Position numbers and translations under genes: made by a program. From assembly GCA_965263035.1 (NCBI GenBank), contig OZ253580.1:1536001-1600000 (forward strand): DNA of 64,000 bases, given 5' to 3'. The notes beneath the pieces are model-generated. The model ran no database searches. It saw only the letters and a program-made list of their open reading frames with translations, and was not told the origin of the DNA. Every line of letters begins with the position of its first letter. The stretch's first letter is position 1. Below are positions 52,926 through 63,121 of this stretch, one piece after another. This DNA comes from Acidobacteriota bacterium. Lineage in GTDB: Bacteria > Acidobacteriota > UBA6911 > RPQK01 > JAJDTT01.

Positions 52926-55900
52926 TCACTCCTTCACGATGATGTTGCTCGAATACATGCCGAGTTCGCCGTCGATCCGAATCTCCGCCACCAACCGGTA
53001 TTCGCCCGCGTTGGTCGGCGTATACGCGCAAATTTCCCCGGTCCTTTCGGTTCCCGCGATATCCGTCCATTCGGCATTCGGCGTCGCTCGACTCTGCCAC
53101 TTCGAGCTGACGACGGCGTAGTGAACGCCATTGAAGACGACGTCCTCCATTCCGATACAGCCACTGCTCGAAATGGGACCGACAGTCAGCTCCGCGGACG
53201 AAACCGAGAATAGCCCCAGCAACACATACGGATCGGCTCCGGCGCCCACCCGCTCGAAGACCACAATCCCTGCATCCTCCGTATCCAGGTATGCGTGCCG
53301 GCCGTCGGGGCTGGAGGCGAGGTTTCGAGTGTGACCGAATTCGGGAACCGGATGGTTGAAGCGGTCCGCCTGCCATGGAGCAACGTGGTCGGTGGCCTCG
53401 AGGGAATCGGATTCCGGCTGCCATTGCACGCCAAAGGCCATATCCATGCAGAAGACGTCCACGGCGGAGGTCCCCTTTCGGACCCGGGCGAATCCGCAAC
53501 GGTTGTTCCAATGGTCCCACGGCCACGACTCTCTCCAGAACGGCGGCAGGATGCCGAGCTCGCGTGGATTGGAAGGGTCGTCTTCCAATTGGAAAACTCT
53601 GGTCCTCTTGCCGTTGTCGTCAAAGACGAACAGGTTCCGGCCGTCGCTGCTGATCGCCAATGCTTCGGCGCGCCACGTCAAACTTGTGCGATACGCCGTC
53701 TGCGTGAGTCGACCCGTGTTGGCGTTGCGTCGGAAGACGAGCAGCGAGGAGTCCGTGACCGCATAGACATGGCTGCCGCCATTGGAGATCACGGCACGCT
53801 TGAGTCCGAAGACCTCCACGGTCTGGACATGCCGCAGATCTCCCTCCGCATCCAAGGCCAGGACCTGCAACCGACCTGCGGAGGGAAGTACCGCGTTCAC
53901 GAACGAGCCGGCTTCGTCCATGAACACGTCGCCGAAAACGCCGGTGCCGCACTCGGAGGCGTCCGGCGGATCCCCGCTGATCGAAGTCGTCCCCTCGTCC
54001 TCAAGTTCCCGCTGCGTTTCATCGAGCGGTGCGAACCTGCGCCAAGTCCCACAGCGATGGGCATAGAGTTGGTCTCGATGCGGGTCCCAGATCAGAGAGG
54101 TGTCTTCGAGACCGTCGTCTTCCAATAGTTGAACAAACGTGAGGCCTCCGGTCCTCGGATCTCGTTCGAAGACCTGCAGTCCCAGCTTCGACGCCACGTA
54201 CAGAGCCGTGCCGCGGCCGTTGAATGCCAAACTGGACGGCCCGCTGAGCTGCACCGAAGTTCCGCTGGCGTCCAGGTCGCCGTCGGCCAGGCGCGCAGCG
54301 TACTTGAGCCAGACCGGCGCTTCGGTTTCGCCCCAGTGCATCGTGAACTCGCCGCCGCCGTCCCGGCCGCGGGCACCCAGCCGGATCGCGTAACGGCCCC
54401 CCTCCTCGGCATGAAAAATCACCTCGATGCCGTCCGACTCGACCCCCTCCGGCTGATGGCTGCTTCTGACGAACTCAAGCCCCCCAAACCCGTCACCATC
54501 TTCCTTGTAGACGGTCAGTACCCACGGACCGTCGATTTCGTCCAACCGGAAACGATGCCAACCGGTAGCGGAGGCTCCATAGTTCCACCAGAGCGACGAA
54601 TGGCCCAGGACGGAACCCCGCTCGCCGCGCTCGAGGGTGGCGAAACGGTTCGATCCGGAGATGGATCCGGCAGTTCCCGGGATTGTTTCGGCGCTCGCCA
54701 GACGGTCGTTTCCGGGGGTCGGTCCCCAGATGATCATTCCGGAGGCAATGTCCTGCGAGTATGCCGTGACGTCTCCCGTCCGAAAGCCGGCCGCGATCCA
54801 ATACCGTTGTCCGCCCACGGCCTCCACCACGAAATCGGAGGGCGCCGTGTCCGGCCCGGTCCGGGCTACGAGTTGCAGGTCTTCGCTGGAGGTCCCGGTG
54901 AACATGGTGACCCGCAACTTCGCGTAGGTCGGAAACACTTCTCCGGCATCCGTGAGACGCCAAGTGTAGAAGCCGTCCTCGGGAGCGTCCCACACCCACC
55001 ACTTGGTTCGGACTCCAGTTTCGGGGGGTTCCCCCGGCTCCACAGTTGAGTCGCTATCGACGTCGATACGGTGTTGCGACGGTGGTGCATTGTCGATTCT
55101 CTCTGCGCCCGCGATATCGTCGTTGGGTGGGAAATAGGCGTCGTCCGAGTCATGCCACCACAGTTTGTACGGACCGCTGGGCGAATCGGCGCCCGGCGCG
55201 ACGACGGCGATACGATATTCTTCTCCGTGCCCAGTGGCGAATACAGTGTCGATGGAAGGGTAGCCAGAAACCAGCCGGAGTGAGGCAATGCCGTCCCCCT
55301 CGAAGACCAAGGCACGACTTGGGTACACGGTCGCGAACCTCCATCGGCCGTCGTTGGGAGCCGTCCACCTGTACCAAGTGGTGCCTGCCGCGGACCCGAA
55401 CCACTCGCCGGGCTCCAGCGTGGCCCCCCGGCTGGTGCCTTCAACGATACCATCGGCTCCCTCCAACAACGTGGCATGCGCGAAATCGTCGTTCACGGGG
55501 CGGGACGCCTGAGACCACTGGAGAGTCAGAGCAGTTGCTCTTTGGAGGTTGCTCACGCGGACTCGATACGCATGACCCTTTTCGGCAAAAAACAATGCTC
55601 CCCACTGATCGGACGCGACCCGCTCCAAATCGGAGATTCGATCGCCTCGGAAGACATCGATGCGATCGTTGCGCGGGCCAGCCCCTTCCCCATGCCCGGG
55701 GATTTCGAAACGGACCGGACCATTGGCCGGCGACGTCCACCGGTACCAGACCGAACCGGCGGGCCGCCCGTCTCGCGGCATGAACAACGGCTCCCCCGGC
55801 TCCGGCGTCGCCAGCAGCAGATCCAACCGGTGGGACCCTCGTTCGCCTCTGATGACGGCCGCCGCCGCGAAGTCGTCGTGCGCAGGACGCTGAGCAGTAT

Positions 55901-58610
55901 CAAATTGGCCTATCCCATCGGAGCCCACTTTTACCGAGACTGACTCCCCTTTCGCGTTCCAGGCGCTGGCCGTGAAGTACAGCTGAATCGCACCCGATGC
56001 CCCTTGGGACGAAATCACGAAACTGACCTCCTGGGTTTCACCCGTAGCGATCTCTCCAAGAGGGATCGATGATCCGAGAGGGATCGGCGGATCCACATCG
56101 TCCGACAAATCCACCGAAACTCCATCCTCGCGAGACACGTCCATAGAGTGGATTCGGATCTGCTCGCATCCGGAAGCCTCTCCGGCGCCGCGGCAGTCCA
56201 GGTGCAGCCGACTCCCGGCCGCCACGTAACCGTCCGCGGTCACCGTCACGGTCAGCTCCTGTTCCCCCTCGCCCACGAGGAGGGTCCGATCGGTTGCGAC
56301 CCTCAGGTTCGGGGTGGATGCGCCCCGGATCACCGTCCACGCCAGTGCCGCCCTGGGCGGTGCCGTGTAGACCCGCCGCGCCACTACCTTCGCCCGATAC
56401 GTGCCCGGCTGGGGATTCCTCAGGATGATCCACTCCACGTTGTCCACGCGGGAAGCGGAGACCTGCTCACCGCACGGTTCCTCCCCGCAGTCGCCGTCCC
56501 GATCCAGCCACAGGTCCAAGTCATTCAAGACCGTGCTGGCGATGGTGTCCGCCGGCGGTTCATCCCAGGTCATCACCAAGTCGAGGCGGCTGGCGCCTGC
56601 CGGCACCTCGATGTCCCGGTAGGCGTGCTCCCCCTGCTGCAACTCGGAAACCGCGCCGCCACCGATCCAGCCACAGGTCTCATCCCGGTTGAGGATGCTG
56701 GTGCGTGCTGAAACCTTGCCCAGTCCGTACTGCGAATGCAGCGTCCCGGGGCCGCCGGTGTTGGTCGAGGGGAAGCCGTCCGGAGTGTCCAGCCAGGGGT
56801 CCGGCCGGATAGCTCCGGCCATGAGTCTCGCCCGGGCCAGGGCCGGGTGTTCCTGGTGCTCCGGGGCGGCATCCATCAACAGGGCGGCCACGCCCGCCAC
56901 CGTGGGGGAGGCCATGCTGGTTCCGTTGGACGCCCGATACTCGCCACGGCTTCCGCCGCCGCGGGCCGAGTGGACTCGAACACCGGTAGCCACGACCTGA
57001 GGCGCCAGGCGCCCGTCCGCCGTGGGTCCATGGCTGCTGAACCACGCGATGTCGCCGCTGTCCAGAGCGGCGCCCACGGAGAGGGAGTTTTTGGCGGTCC
57101 CATAATTGGAAAAGCCACTGATGCCCGAGTTCGCTTGCGCAACCACGTACAGTTGGCGGTGGCCCCAGACGATGGAGTCGAGCTTACGTGCCTCTGTTCC
57201 CCTGCCGGCGAAGGTCCTGGAGCGTGCGCTCAAACTCATGTTGACGATCAGGGGCTTGACGGGAACGGAGGGTCGCCCTCCTTCGGCACATTCGGTCGCA
57301 ACAGCCAGGAAATCCATCCCTCGATGGATGTCGTCAAAAAGCCCAAATCCACCAAGAGACAGCACTTTCGCGAAGCGGACATGCCTTACATCGGGTGCCA
57401 TGCCGGCGAAACGCGGCTGGACGGTACCGTTGCCGGCAATGGTCCCGGTGACATGGGTCCCATGGCCGCCTTCATCGATCCACAGATCCTCAGCCTCGCG
57501 GAGCGTTCCGTCGGGTCCCCCGAGACCCCACACGAAGTTGGCGCCGCAGATGCTTTCCCGGTTGGAGGCGATGTCCAGGTGATTGATGTTGAGCCCCGTG
57601 TCCATGACGCCGATGGGGACCGAAGCGCCGCCCATCCCCGAAAAGATGCCCGGGGAGCCGTCGTACGTTCGCAGCGCGTCCGCGCCCATGGCGGGAACGG
57701 ACGTGTCATGAGCCGGCCGCACGATCCCGACCGGCTCGACCGCCAACACGTAGTCCGCCGCCGCGACGGCTTCCAGTTCAGCGTAGGTCACGTTGGCCGT
57801 ATAGACTCGGACATCGGGGTCGAACCGGCCGACGACGGCGCCCAGGTCTTCCAGCGCTTTCCGCCACCGGCCGTCAGCATCGTCCGCCATCAGGGTGATG
57901 AACACGGGAACCTGCTCCTGAGGGGGCGCCTCCGACACCTCACGGGCAAAGTCCTCCGGAAGCTTTACCTCTGGCGGGACGGCTCCCAGCCCGTCGACTT
58001 CCGGCAATGCCGCAATTTCCCGCAATAGGGCCGGGTCTCCCGGCAGATGCGCGCGCAAGAGTTTGCCCGAGGAACCGAGGGCTGTGGCGCCCAAGTCGGA
58101 GAGCGGCCCCACCACGTCGTTCGGTCTCGCCTCCTCAGCCAGCCGGATCCAGCCGAAGGACCAGTCCCGCCCGGCGGCAGCCGCCTGAGCGGCGAGCGCA
58201 GCGCTGGAATCGTCCGCTCCCAGCCAGTCCGGACCCGGACGCGAGAGCTCGTCTCCGGTGTCGATTTCGATCGCGATTCGCGCCCTGGGCATCTCCCCGT
58301 GGTAGGAAACGAAGGAATATCCGTCCGGCGGAGAGGGAAGCGTGTCCTCCACGGACCCCTCGGCGGCGGGGAGGGCTTCAACAGTTCGGGGTGCGGCCTG
58401 AATCTGGGGTTCCTGGACGGCACCGCGACTTTCGGCTTCGATTCGGGCCATGGCGGCCCGGATCGCCCCAGCCTCTCCGGTCAGGGCCGGCTGTTGCTTT
58501 TTACCAGGCGCCGCATAGTAGGCGATCAGCCCCGCCAGAACCGTGACAACGGCCACCGCCACCAGGACTCGGATGGTCTTCCGTCTTGTTTCCCGCATGA
58601 CGAAGCTCAC
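52926..58610 (-). CDS. Large S8 subtilase with repeat modules and a beta-propeller
   Basis: Triad GVMDTG, GHGTHVTG and GTSMASP; N-terminal TM; four P..D.(F/I/L)A.A repeats. Confidence 0.9.
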   Translation of the reverse strand: MSFVMRETRRKTIRVLVAVAVVTVLAGLIAYYAAPGKKQQPALTGEAGAIRAAMARIEAESRGAVQEPQIQAAPRTVEALPAAEGSVEDTLPSPPDGYSFVSYHGEMPRARIAIEIDTGDELSRPGPDWLGADDSSAALAAQAAAAGRDWSFGWIRLAEEARPNDVVGPLSDLGATALGSSGKLLRAHLPGDPALLREIAALPEVDGLGAVPPEVKLPEDFAREVSEAPPQEQVPVFITLMADDADGRWRKALEDLGAVVGRFDPDVRVYTANVTYAELEAVAAADYVLAVEPVGIVRPAHDTSVPAMGADALRTYDGSPGIFSGMGGASVPIGVMDTGLNINHLDIASNRESICGANFVWGLGGPDGTLREAEDLWIDEGGHGTHVTGTIAGNGTVQPRFAGMAPDVRHVRFAKVLSLGGFGLFDDIHRGMDFLAVATECAEGGRPSVPVKPLIVNMSLSARSRTFAGRGTEARKLDSIVWGHRQLYVVAQANSGISGFSNYGTAKNSLSVGAALDSGDIAWFSSHGPTADGRLAPQVVATGVRVHSARGGGSRGEYRASNGTSMASPTVAGVAALLMDAAPEHQEHPALARARLMAGAIRPDPWLDTPDGFPSTNTGGPGTLHSQYGLGKVSARTSILNRDETCGWIGGGAVSELQQGEHAYRDIEVPAGASRLDLVMTWDEPPADTIASTVLNDLDLWLDRDGDCGEEPCGEQVSASRVDNVEWIILRNPQPGTYRAKVVARRVYTAPPRAALAWTVIRGASTPNLRVATDRTLLVGEGEQELTVTVTADGYVAAGSRLHLDCRGAGEASGCEQIRIHSMDVSREDGVSVDLSDDVDPPIPLGSSIPLGEIATGETQEVSFVISSQGASGAIQLYFTASAWNAKGESVSVKVGSDGIGQFDTAQRPAHDDFAAAAVIRGERGSHRLDLLLATPEPGEPLFMPRDGRPAGSVWYRWTSPANGPVRFEIPGHGEGAGPRNDRIDVFRGDRISDLERVASDQWGALFFAEKGHAYRVRVSNLQRATALTLQWSQASRPVNDDFAHATLLEGADGIVEGTSRGATLEPGEWFGSAAGTTWYRWTAPNDGRWRFATVYPSRALVFEGDGIASLRLVSGYPSIDTVFATGHGEEYRIAVVAPGADSPSGPYKLWWHDSDDAYFPPNDDIAGAERIDNAPPSQHRIDVDSDSTVEPGEPPETGVRTKWWVWDAPEDGFYTWRLTDAGEVFPTYAKLRVTMFTGTSSEDLQLVARTGPDTAPSDFVVEAVGGQRYWIAAGFRTGDVTAYSQDIASGMIIWGPTPGNDRLASAETIPGTAGSISGSNRFATLERGERGSVLGHSSLWWNYGASATGWHRFRLDEIDGPWVLTVYKEDGDGFGGLEFVRSSHQPEGVESDGIEVIFHAEEGGRYAIRLGARGRDGGGEFTMHWGETEAPVWLKYAARLADGDLDASGTSVQLSGPSSLAFNGRGTALYVASKLGLQVFERDPRTGGLTFVQLLEDDGLEDTSLIWDPHRDQLYAHRCGTWRRFAPLDETQRELEDEGTTSISGDPPDASECGTGVFGDVFMDEAGSFVNAVLPSAGRLQVLALDAEGDLRHVQTVEVFGLKRAVISNGGSHVYAVTDSSLLVFRRNANTGRLTQTAYRTSLTWRAEALAISSDGRNLFVFDDNGKRTRVFQLEDDPSNPRELGILPPFWRESWPWDHWNNRCGFARVRKGTSAVDVFCMDMAFGVQWQPESDSLEATDHVAPWQADRFNHPVPEFGHTRNLASSPDGRHAYLDTEDAGIVVFERVGAGADPYVLLGLFSVSSAELTVGPISSSGCIGMEDVVFNGVHYAVVSSKWQSRATPNAEWTDIAGTERTGEICAYTPTNAGEYRLVAEIRIDGELGMYSSNIIVKE

Positions 58611-58873
58611 CTGCTGAGAGGCGTCAGCTTCAACGTCAACAAGGTCTTTCCGTTCTGTTCGATTTCCATGGATCGCACGGCCAGGACGGATTGATCAAGG
58701 ACGACCTGGAGTTCGTCGTTCGGGAATACACGTAAGGAGCGAGGTTTCTTCGGGCTGGTCCGCAATCGGACTTGACGATGAAGGTCGCGCCGCCGTGTCC
58801 GCAACTCTTTCATCCGATCCAAATTCCGCGATTCAGCTGATGGTAAAGGCACTCTGGACTCGAGTTGTACCAA
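58607..58873 (-). CDS. Small basic hypothetical protein
   Basis: Stop overlaps the protease GTG (GTGA); no motif; start uncertain (alternative ATG 58813). Confidence 0.35.
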   Translation of the reverse strand: MVQLESRVPLPSAESRNLDRMKELRTRRRDLHRQVRLRTSPKKPRSLRVFPNDELQVVLDQSVLAVRSMEIEQNGKTLLTLKLTPLSR

Positions 58874-58936
58874 CGGCCAAGCTCAAGAGAAAGGAGGACC
58901 GCCGTCGTTCCGGACCACTTGAAGTTCACGTTCATA

Positions 58937-61900
58937 TCAACGTCCTTCCGAACCGGCCTCACACTTCCACACACACAACTGTATATTCTCGGTTTCTTCC
59001 AACACGCAGTTTCTCTGGCACCCCTGGACGTCATTTTGAGCAGTCTTGGGCACCGAGAAGTATCTGGCGCCGCGTGTCGGTATGTCGTGATCTATCTGCA
59101 TACAAACGACGGACAGCCGAGTAATTGCCGAATTGGAGTTGGAATACACTGGTGACCCGGCTCTTCGCCCCAACAACGCCACGGCTTCCGCGAAATTGGG
59201 AGAAGAGTGGGCGGAGACGGTCGCCTGCGATTTGAGGATCTGTGGGTGGAATTGGACTGGAGCCGCAGGGGAGGGCTCACCCCTTCTGGCTGCCGATACC
59301 TGGCCTGCTCCGACGATCATCATCCTCTGATTGCTCCCGTCCTTGGGCTCCAGCCAGTCCCCCGGACTGTAAGCAGCGGTCTGCAACCCGGGGTTGTTCA
59401 CAAGAAACGTCTGCACGTCGTCCCCACCGATCCTCCGGGTGCCGACGGCTGCTGCGACCTCGAGCCCCGACCGGTCCTCACCGGATGCTTGCGGCGGATC
59501 GTCCGGAAGCAATAGTTCCTCCGGAAATTCGTCGACATTGATGCTGTCGCCGGCAAAGTCGACAAATCCTTCAATGACAGTCGGAAGGAAACCCTCTTTT
59601 GTGATCGTAAGGGTGAATTTGGCGGCCCCGTCGGAGGTGAATGTCAGGTCAAAGACCCATGTGCTTCCGAATATTCCCCTCTGGAAATCATCGAGAGATT
59701 CATAGAGACCTGAATCCTCTCCAGAGCTAGACGTGTAATCAAAATTGATCGTTATTACAGCTCGGTTGCGGCCTAACTTTTCATACCCTTGCGTGTTCAG
59801 ATACGTAAGACCTTCAGAGTCGCCGCTAAAAAGTCGCTCATAAGAGTCTCCGAACAGTGTCCGTTCCCAACTACTGGAGAATCGCTCTCGATACCAATCC
59901 TCCCAGTCTTCAGGGGCAGCATCCGTTTCGATGGCGATAGCAGCAGACCAGGACGGTGGAATGGGCAGCAATATCGGCTGTGCTCCAAGCGTCAAATCCG
60001 CATGGAGGCTCCCCGGCCAGACGACGGCGTTACCATTAGGGTCGGTAGTCGTTACCCGGACATTTCCAGAAGGTTCGAAATCGAGGGTAAACACCCAGGT
60101 GTCGCCAGCCCGCTGTTTGAAGGTGAGCACTCCTTGGGTGGGTCCAGTGTTTTCGTAGGTGTAGTCGCCGTAGTATTCGCCCACATCGCCGTTAGCGTCA
60201 ATCATGAGCCTCCGGGCGACACCCTGTTCCGGCGGATCGCCCAAGAGGCAATTCCCAAAGCACAATCCAGGGATGAAATCATCTCTGCCGTAAATCAGCG
60301 CGTTGAATTCTTCCTGGTTTCGCGGCGCCCGTTCTGGATCGGTTTCGATTGGCGGCGGGTCAAGATCTTCCTCGGTCCGAGGTGCCGAGCGCGGCATCCG
60401 AAAGCTCCTGTCGAACGGCACATTCGTGTTGACCCCGGCATCGAAACACTCGTCAATGAACGATCCCGCGGTTAAGGATGAAAATGCCAAAGTGATCTCA
60501 CAAGAGCCCTGTGACGGATCGTCGAACTCGAGGAAAATCCTGCCGGTGTCTGGCCCGGTGTCCTCATATTCGCAGTTAGCGTCCAGAGTCTGGCCGTTGC
60601 TGGTATGCCGGCAACGCTCCCGCGTCAGGAACCGGAAGTTCCGTTCGGGAGTACCGACAGGCTGAGGCCCGAACCGGTCGAGGGGACCTTCAGGATCCTT
60701 CGGAGCATAGTCCGCCGTGGGAATCCCCGATACCGGCGTCGACCACCCGCAGTCCCCTTCTGCATTGATGGGACGGACGCGGACCTGATATCCGATTCCG
60801 TTGGTCAGATCCGCATAAATCATGCCGGTGATGTTGCGGCCAAGGAACGTACGGCCGTCACCCCAAACCCCGCTGGTTCCACGGCGTATTTCCGTCTCGT
60901 ATCCCAGCACTCGCGCGTGTCCGATCAGGTCGGATAGCGGGCTCCATCTGAGGGTCAGACGTCCGTCGCTGTGATTCACTCGAAAACTCGATGGCGGCCC
61001 ACATGAGGGGACCAGATCCCCGATCTGAATCGTGACGTCGATAGTGTCGCTGTTGCCGCCGTCGTCCTCGACGCCAACCGTGACGGTGTATCGATTCTTG
61101 ACCTCGTAGTCGTAAACGACGCTATCCCGCGTGCGGATCTGCCCTGTCTCGGGAAGGATGACAAAGCTCTCGGAATCGGTTCCACTGATGGTGTAGGTGA
61201 GCGAATCGCCGCCCACGGCGGAGACGGGGTCACCCACATTGATGCCGGGTGGAGTATTTTCCCAGATTCCTCGGGTGGCGGACTCACCCTCGGAGAATTC
61301 CACCTGATTGCGGTCCACGCCATCCCTGATTTCTATTGTTCCAGTAGCGGAATCGTAAACGGCCTCCCGGGTGTTGCTGGGACTGCTTTCGTCAAAGAAA
61401 AGCAAATGGGTCATTCGAAGCCCGGGCCAGGACGGCAACCATTCGTTGCTGGTCCTCCGGCACACGGTCTCCGACTCGAAATTTTCCAGGCGCCCGAGTG
61501 ACTGTGTCTTGATGTAGGCCGTGCTCTGCCGGTCGGCCTCAGCATTGGCGAATTCGCATCCTTTCAGCTTCCCAAGCAGCATATACGCCATCGTGCCGGC
61601 GTCTGAATCATTGGTGTACCTTGTTGGAACTCCCCAAATCCGACCATTGTCATTCAGAGTGACAGCGGCGTAGCCGGACGGCGTGGATGATTCGAACTCC
61701 TCCCGGGTGGCAGTCTCTCCGCCGCTCCCTCCTTCTCCTCCTCCGTCCGAGACCTTGATCATTGGGACCGCCGAGAGCGAACCCGTCCGCTTCCCGAACC
61801 TGAGGCCGAGGGGTGCGAACGGAGAACCGTCCTCGGTCCGCAGGAACAGGAGACCTCGAAAGTCCCTCAGGAATTCCGTGTCGACTCCCTCCACATCGAA

Positions 61901-63010
61901 CCATTCCGGAATAGTTCCGGCCCGTTGGTGGAAATTCCGCCAGGACACGAACATCCCACCCAGAGGATCTTTCCCCGCCTCGTCCCGGATTCGGAGTTCG
62001 ATCCTCGGAGAAGAATCCGGTTTGAAGATCGCCAGTCCGGTGCCGATTTCGCTCGATTCCTCCACGAACAGGGCGAAGTGACTTCCGAGCGTCACCGGTT
62101 TGACGCCGACCTCGATACCCGATTGGGCATGCCTGTAGGTCAACAGACCACTGATTGAGGCCGAGCCGATTTCAACCTCAATCCAACCGCGCCGAACTGC
62201 ACCTGCCCCGGCGCTTCTCAGGACTCTGCTCCCCAGAGAAGGAATCTCGATGGTCCCTTCGGAGTCGAACAAATCTCGAACTCGCTTCCCATCCGAATCG
62301 TAGACGTCGACGTCGACGGTGGCGCCCTCGTCAGCGATCCCAATGTTGCTGAGCACCAACTGCACGGACCAACCCGCCCCGTCCACGTAGTCGGGGAAAT
62401 ACAGCGTTGTTTCGGACGAGGTCCGTTCCTGACCGCAAGCCTTGACGGTTTCGGCCGACGGGGCTCCGTCCAGCGAGAACGTCGCCTGCTTGGTATTGCC
62501 GCTCGACGACACGGTAACCGCGGCGTTCAGCTCGGCATGGCGTGTGAGGCGATCCAGAAAGTTGTCGGTTTCCTGCGGTCTTACCGGGCGGCCATCCAGT
62601 TGGTTGACGATTAGAACCTGATCTAAATCCTCACCAGAGGGTGATAGGTGCAGCCATTGCTGCGACTGTGTCAGGTTGGGGTTGCGCCAGTTGAGAGTGA
62701 CCGGCTGGTTGTCACCATCGTCGTAGTCGGTGCCAAGTGAATCGCTGGTCGGCCACACCAGGAACGCCCCATAGAATTCGTCTGGCAAGCAGGATACGAG
62801 CAAGCCAGGTCCCGTAGAACTGACCGTGCCGGCAGAGAAACCCTCTTCCGGAGAGTTGCGTAGCACCCTCCAGTCGCTATTGGAGGTCTGGTATTGGAGT
62901 GATCGTCTGAACTGTTGGATCACCTCCTCCAGCGCCCGATCTGCTTTCCGCTCCGCGTACGCAGCAGGCAACAGCAGCAATGCGACCAACAGACCGCAAG
63001 TCTTCTTCAC
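58937..63010 (-). CDS. Large secreted protein with cadherin-like and FN3 domains
   Basis: Signal peptide; ENTPPG..VGDPV...TGQIRT...DYE (cadherin); LRW...YQVRVRPIN (FN3); GAGG RBS. Confidence 0.8.
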   Translation of the reverse strand: MKKTCGLLVALLLLPAAYAERKADRALEEVIQQFRRSLQYQTSNSDWRVLRNSPEEGFSAGTVSSTGPGLLVSCLPDEFYGAFLVWPTSDSLGTDYDDGDNQPVTLNWRNPNLTQSQQWLHLSPSGEDLDQVLIVNQLDGRPVRPQETDNFLDRLTRHAELNAAVTVSSSGNTKQATFSLDGAPSAETVKACGQERTSSETTLYFPDYVDGAGWSVQLVLSNIGIADEGATVDVDVYDSDGKRVRDLFDSEGTIEIPSLGSRVLRSAGAGAVRRGWIEVEIGSASISGLLTYRHAQSGIEVGVKPVTLGSHFALFVEESSEIGTGLAIFKPDSSPRIELRIRDEAGKDPLGGMFVSWRNFHQRAGTIPEWFDVEGVDTEFLRDFRGLLFLRTEDGSPFAPLGLRFGKRTGSLSAVPMIKVSDGGGEGGSGGETATREEFESSTPSGYAAVTLNDNGRIWGVPTRYTNDSDAGTMAYMLLGKLKGCEFANAEADRQSTAYIKTQSLGRLENFESETVCRRTSNEWLPSWPGLRMTHLLFFDESSPSNTREAVYDSATGTIEIRDGVDRNQVEFSEGESATRGIWENTPPGINVGDPVSAVGGDSLTYTISGTDSESFVILPETGQIRTRDSVVYDYEVKNRYTVTVGVEDDGGNSDTIDVTIQIGDLVPSCGPPSSFRVNHSDGRLTLRWSPLSDLIGHARVLGYETEIRRGTSGVWGDGRTFLGRNITGMIYADLTNGIGYQVRVRPINAEGDCGWSTPVSGIPTADYAPKDPEGPLDRFGPQPVGTPERNFRFLTRERCRHTSNGQTLDANCEYEDTGPDTGRIFLEFDDPSQGSCEITLAFSSLTAGSFIDECFDAGVNTNVPFDRSFRMPRSAPRTEEDLDPPPIETDPERAPRNQEEFNALIYGRDDFIPGLCFGNCLLGDPPEQGVARRLMIDANGDVGEYYGDYTYENTGPTQGVLTFKQRAGDTWVFTLDFEPSGNVRVTTTDPNGNAVVWPGSLHADLTLGAQPILLPIPPSWSAAIAIETDAAPEDWEDWYRERFSSSWERTLFGDSYERLFSGDSEGLTYLNTQGYEKLGRNRAVITINFDYTSSSGEDSGLYESLDDFQRGIFGSTWVFDLTFTSDGAAKFTLTITKEGFLPTVIEGFVDFAGDSINVDEFPEELLLPDDPPQASGEDRSGLEVAAAVGTRRIGGDDVQTFLVNNPGLQTAAYSPGDWLEPKDGSNQRMMIVGAGQVSAARRGEPSPAAPVQFHPQILKSQATVSAHSSPNFAEAVALLGRRAGSPVYSNSNSAITRLSVVCMQIDHDIPTRGARYFSVPKTAQNDVQGCQRNCVLEETENIQLCVWKCEAGSEGR

Positions 63011-63121
63011 CAGGACCTCATTTGGCTACGGATCTATTCCGGATCGTCTTCATTCGCGTGCTACCGGGTCGACTTCCAGGGTCGGACCACACGGCTGAGA
63101 GCGTCACCATCCGTCCCGTCA

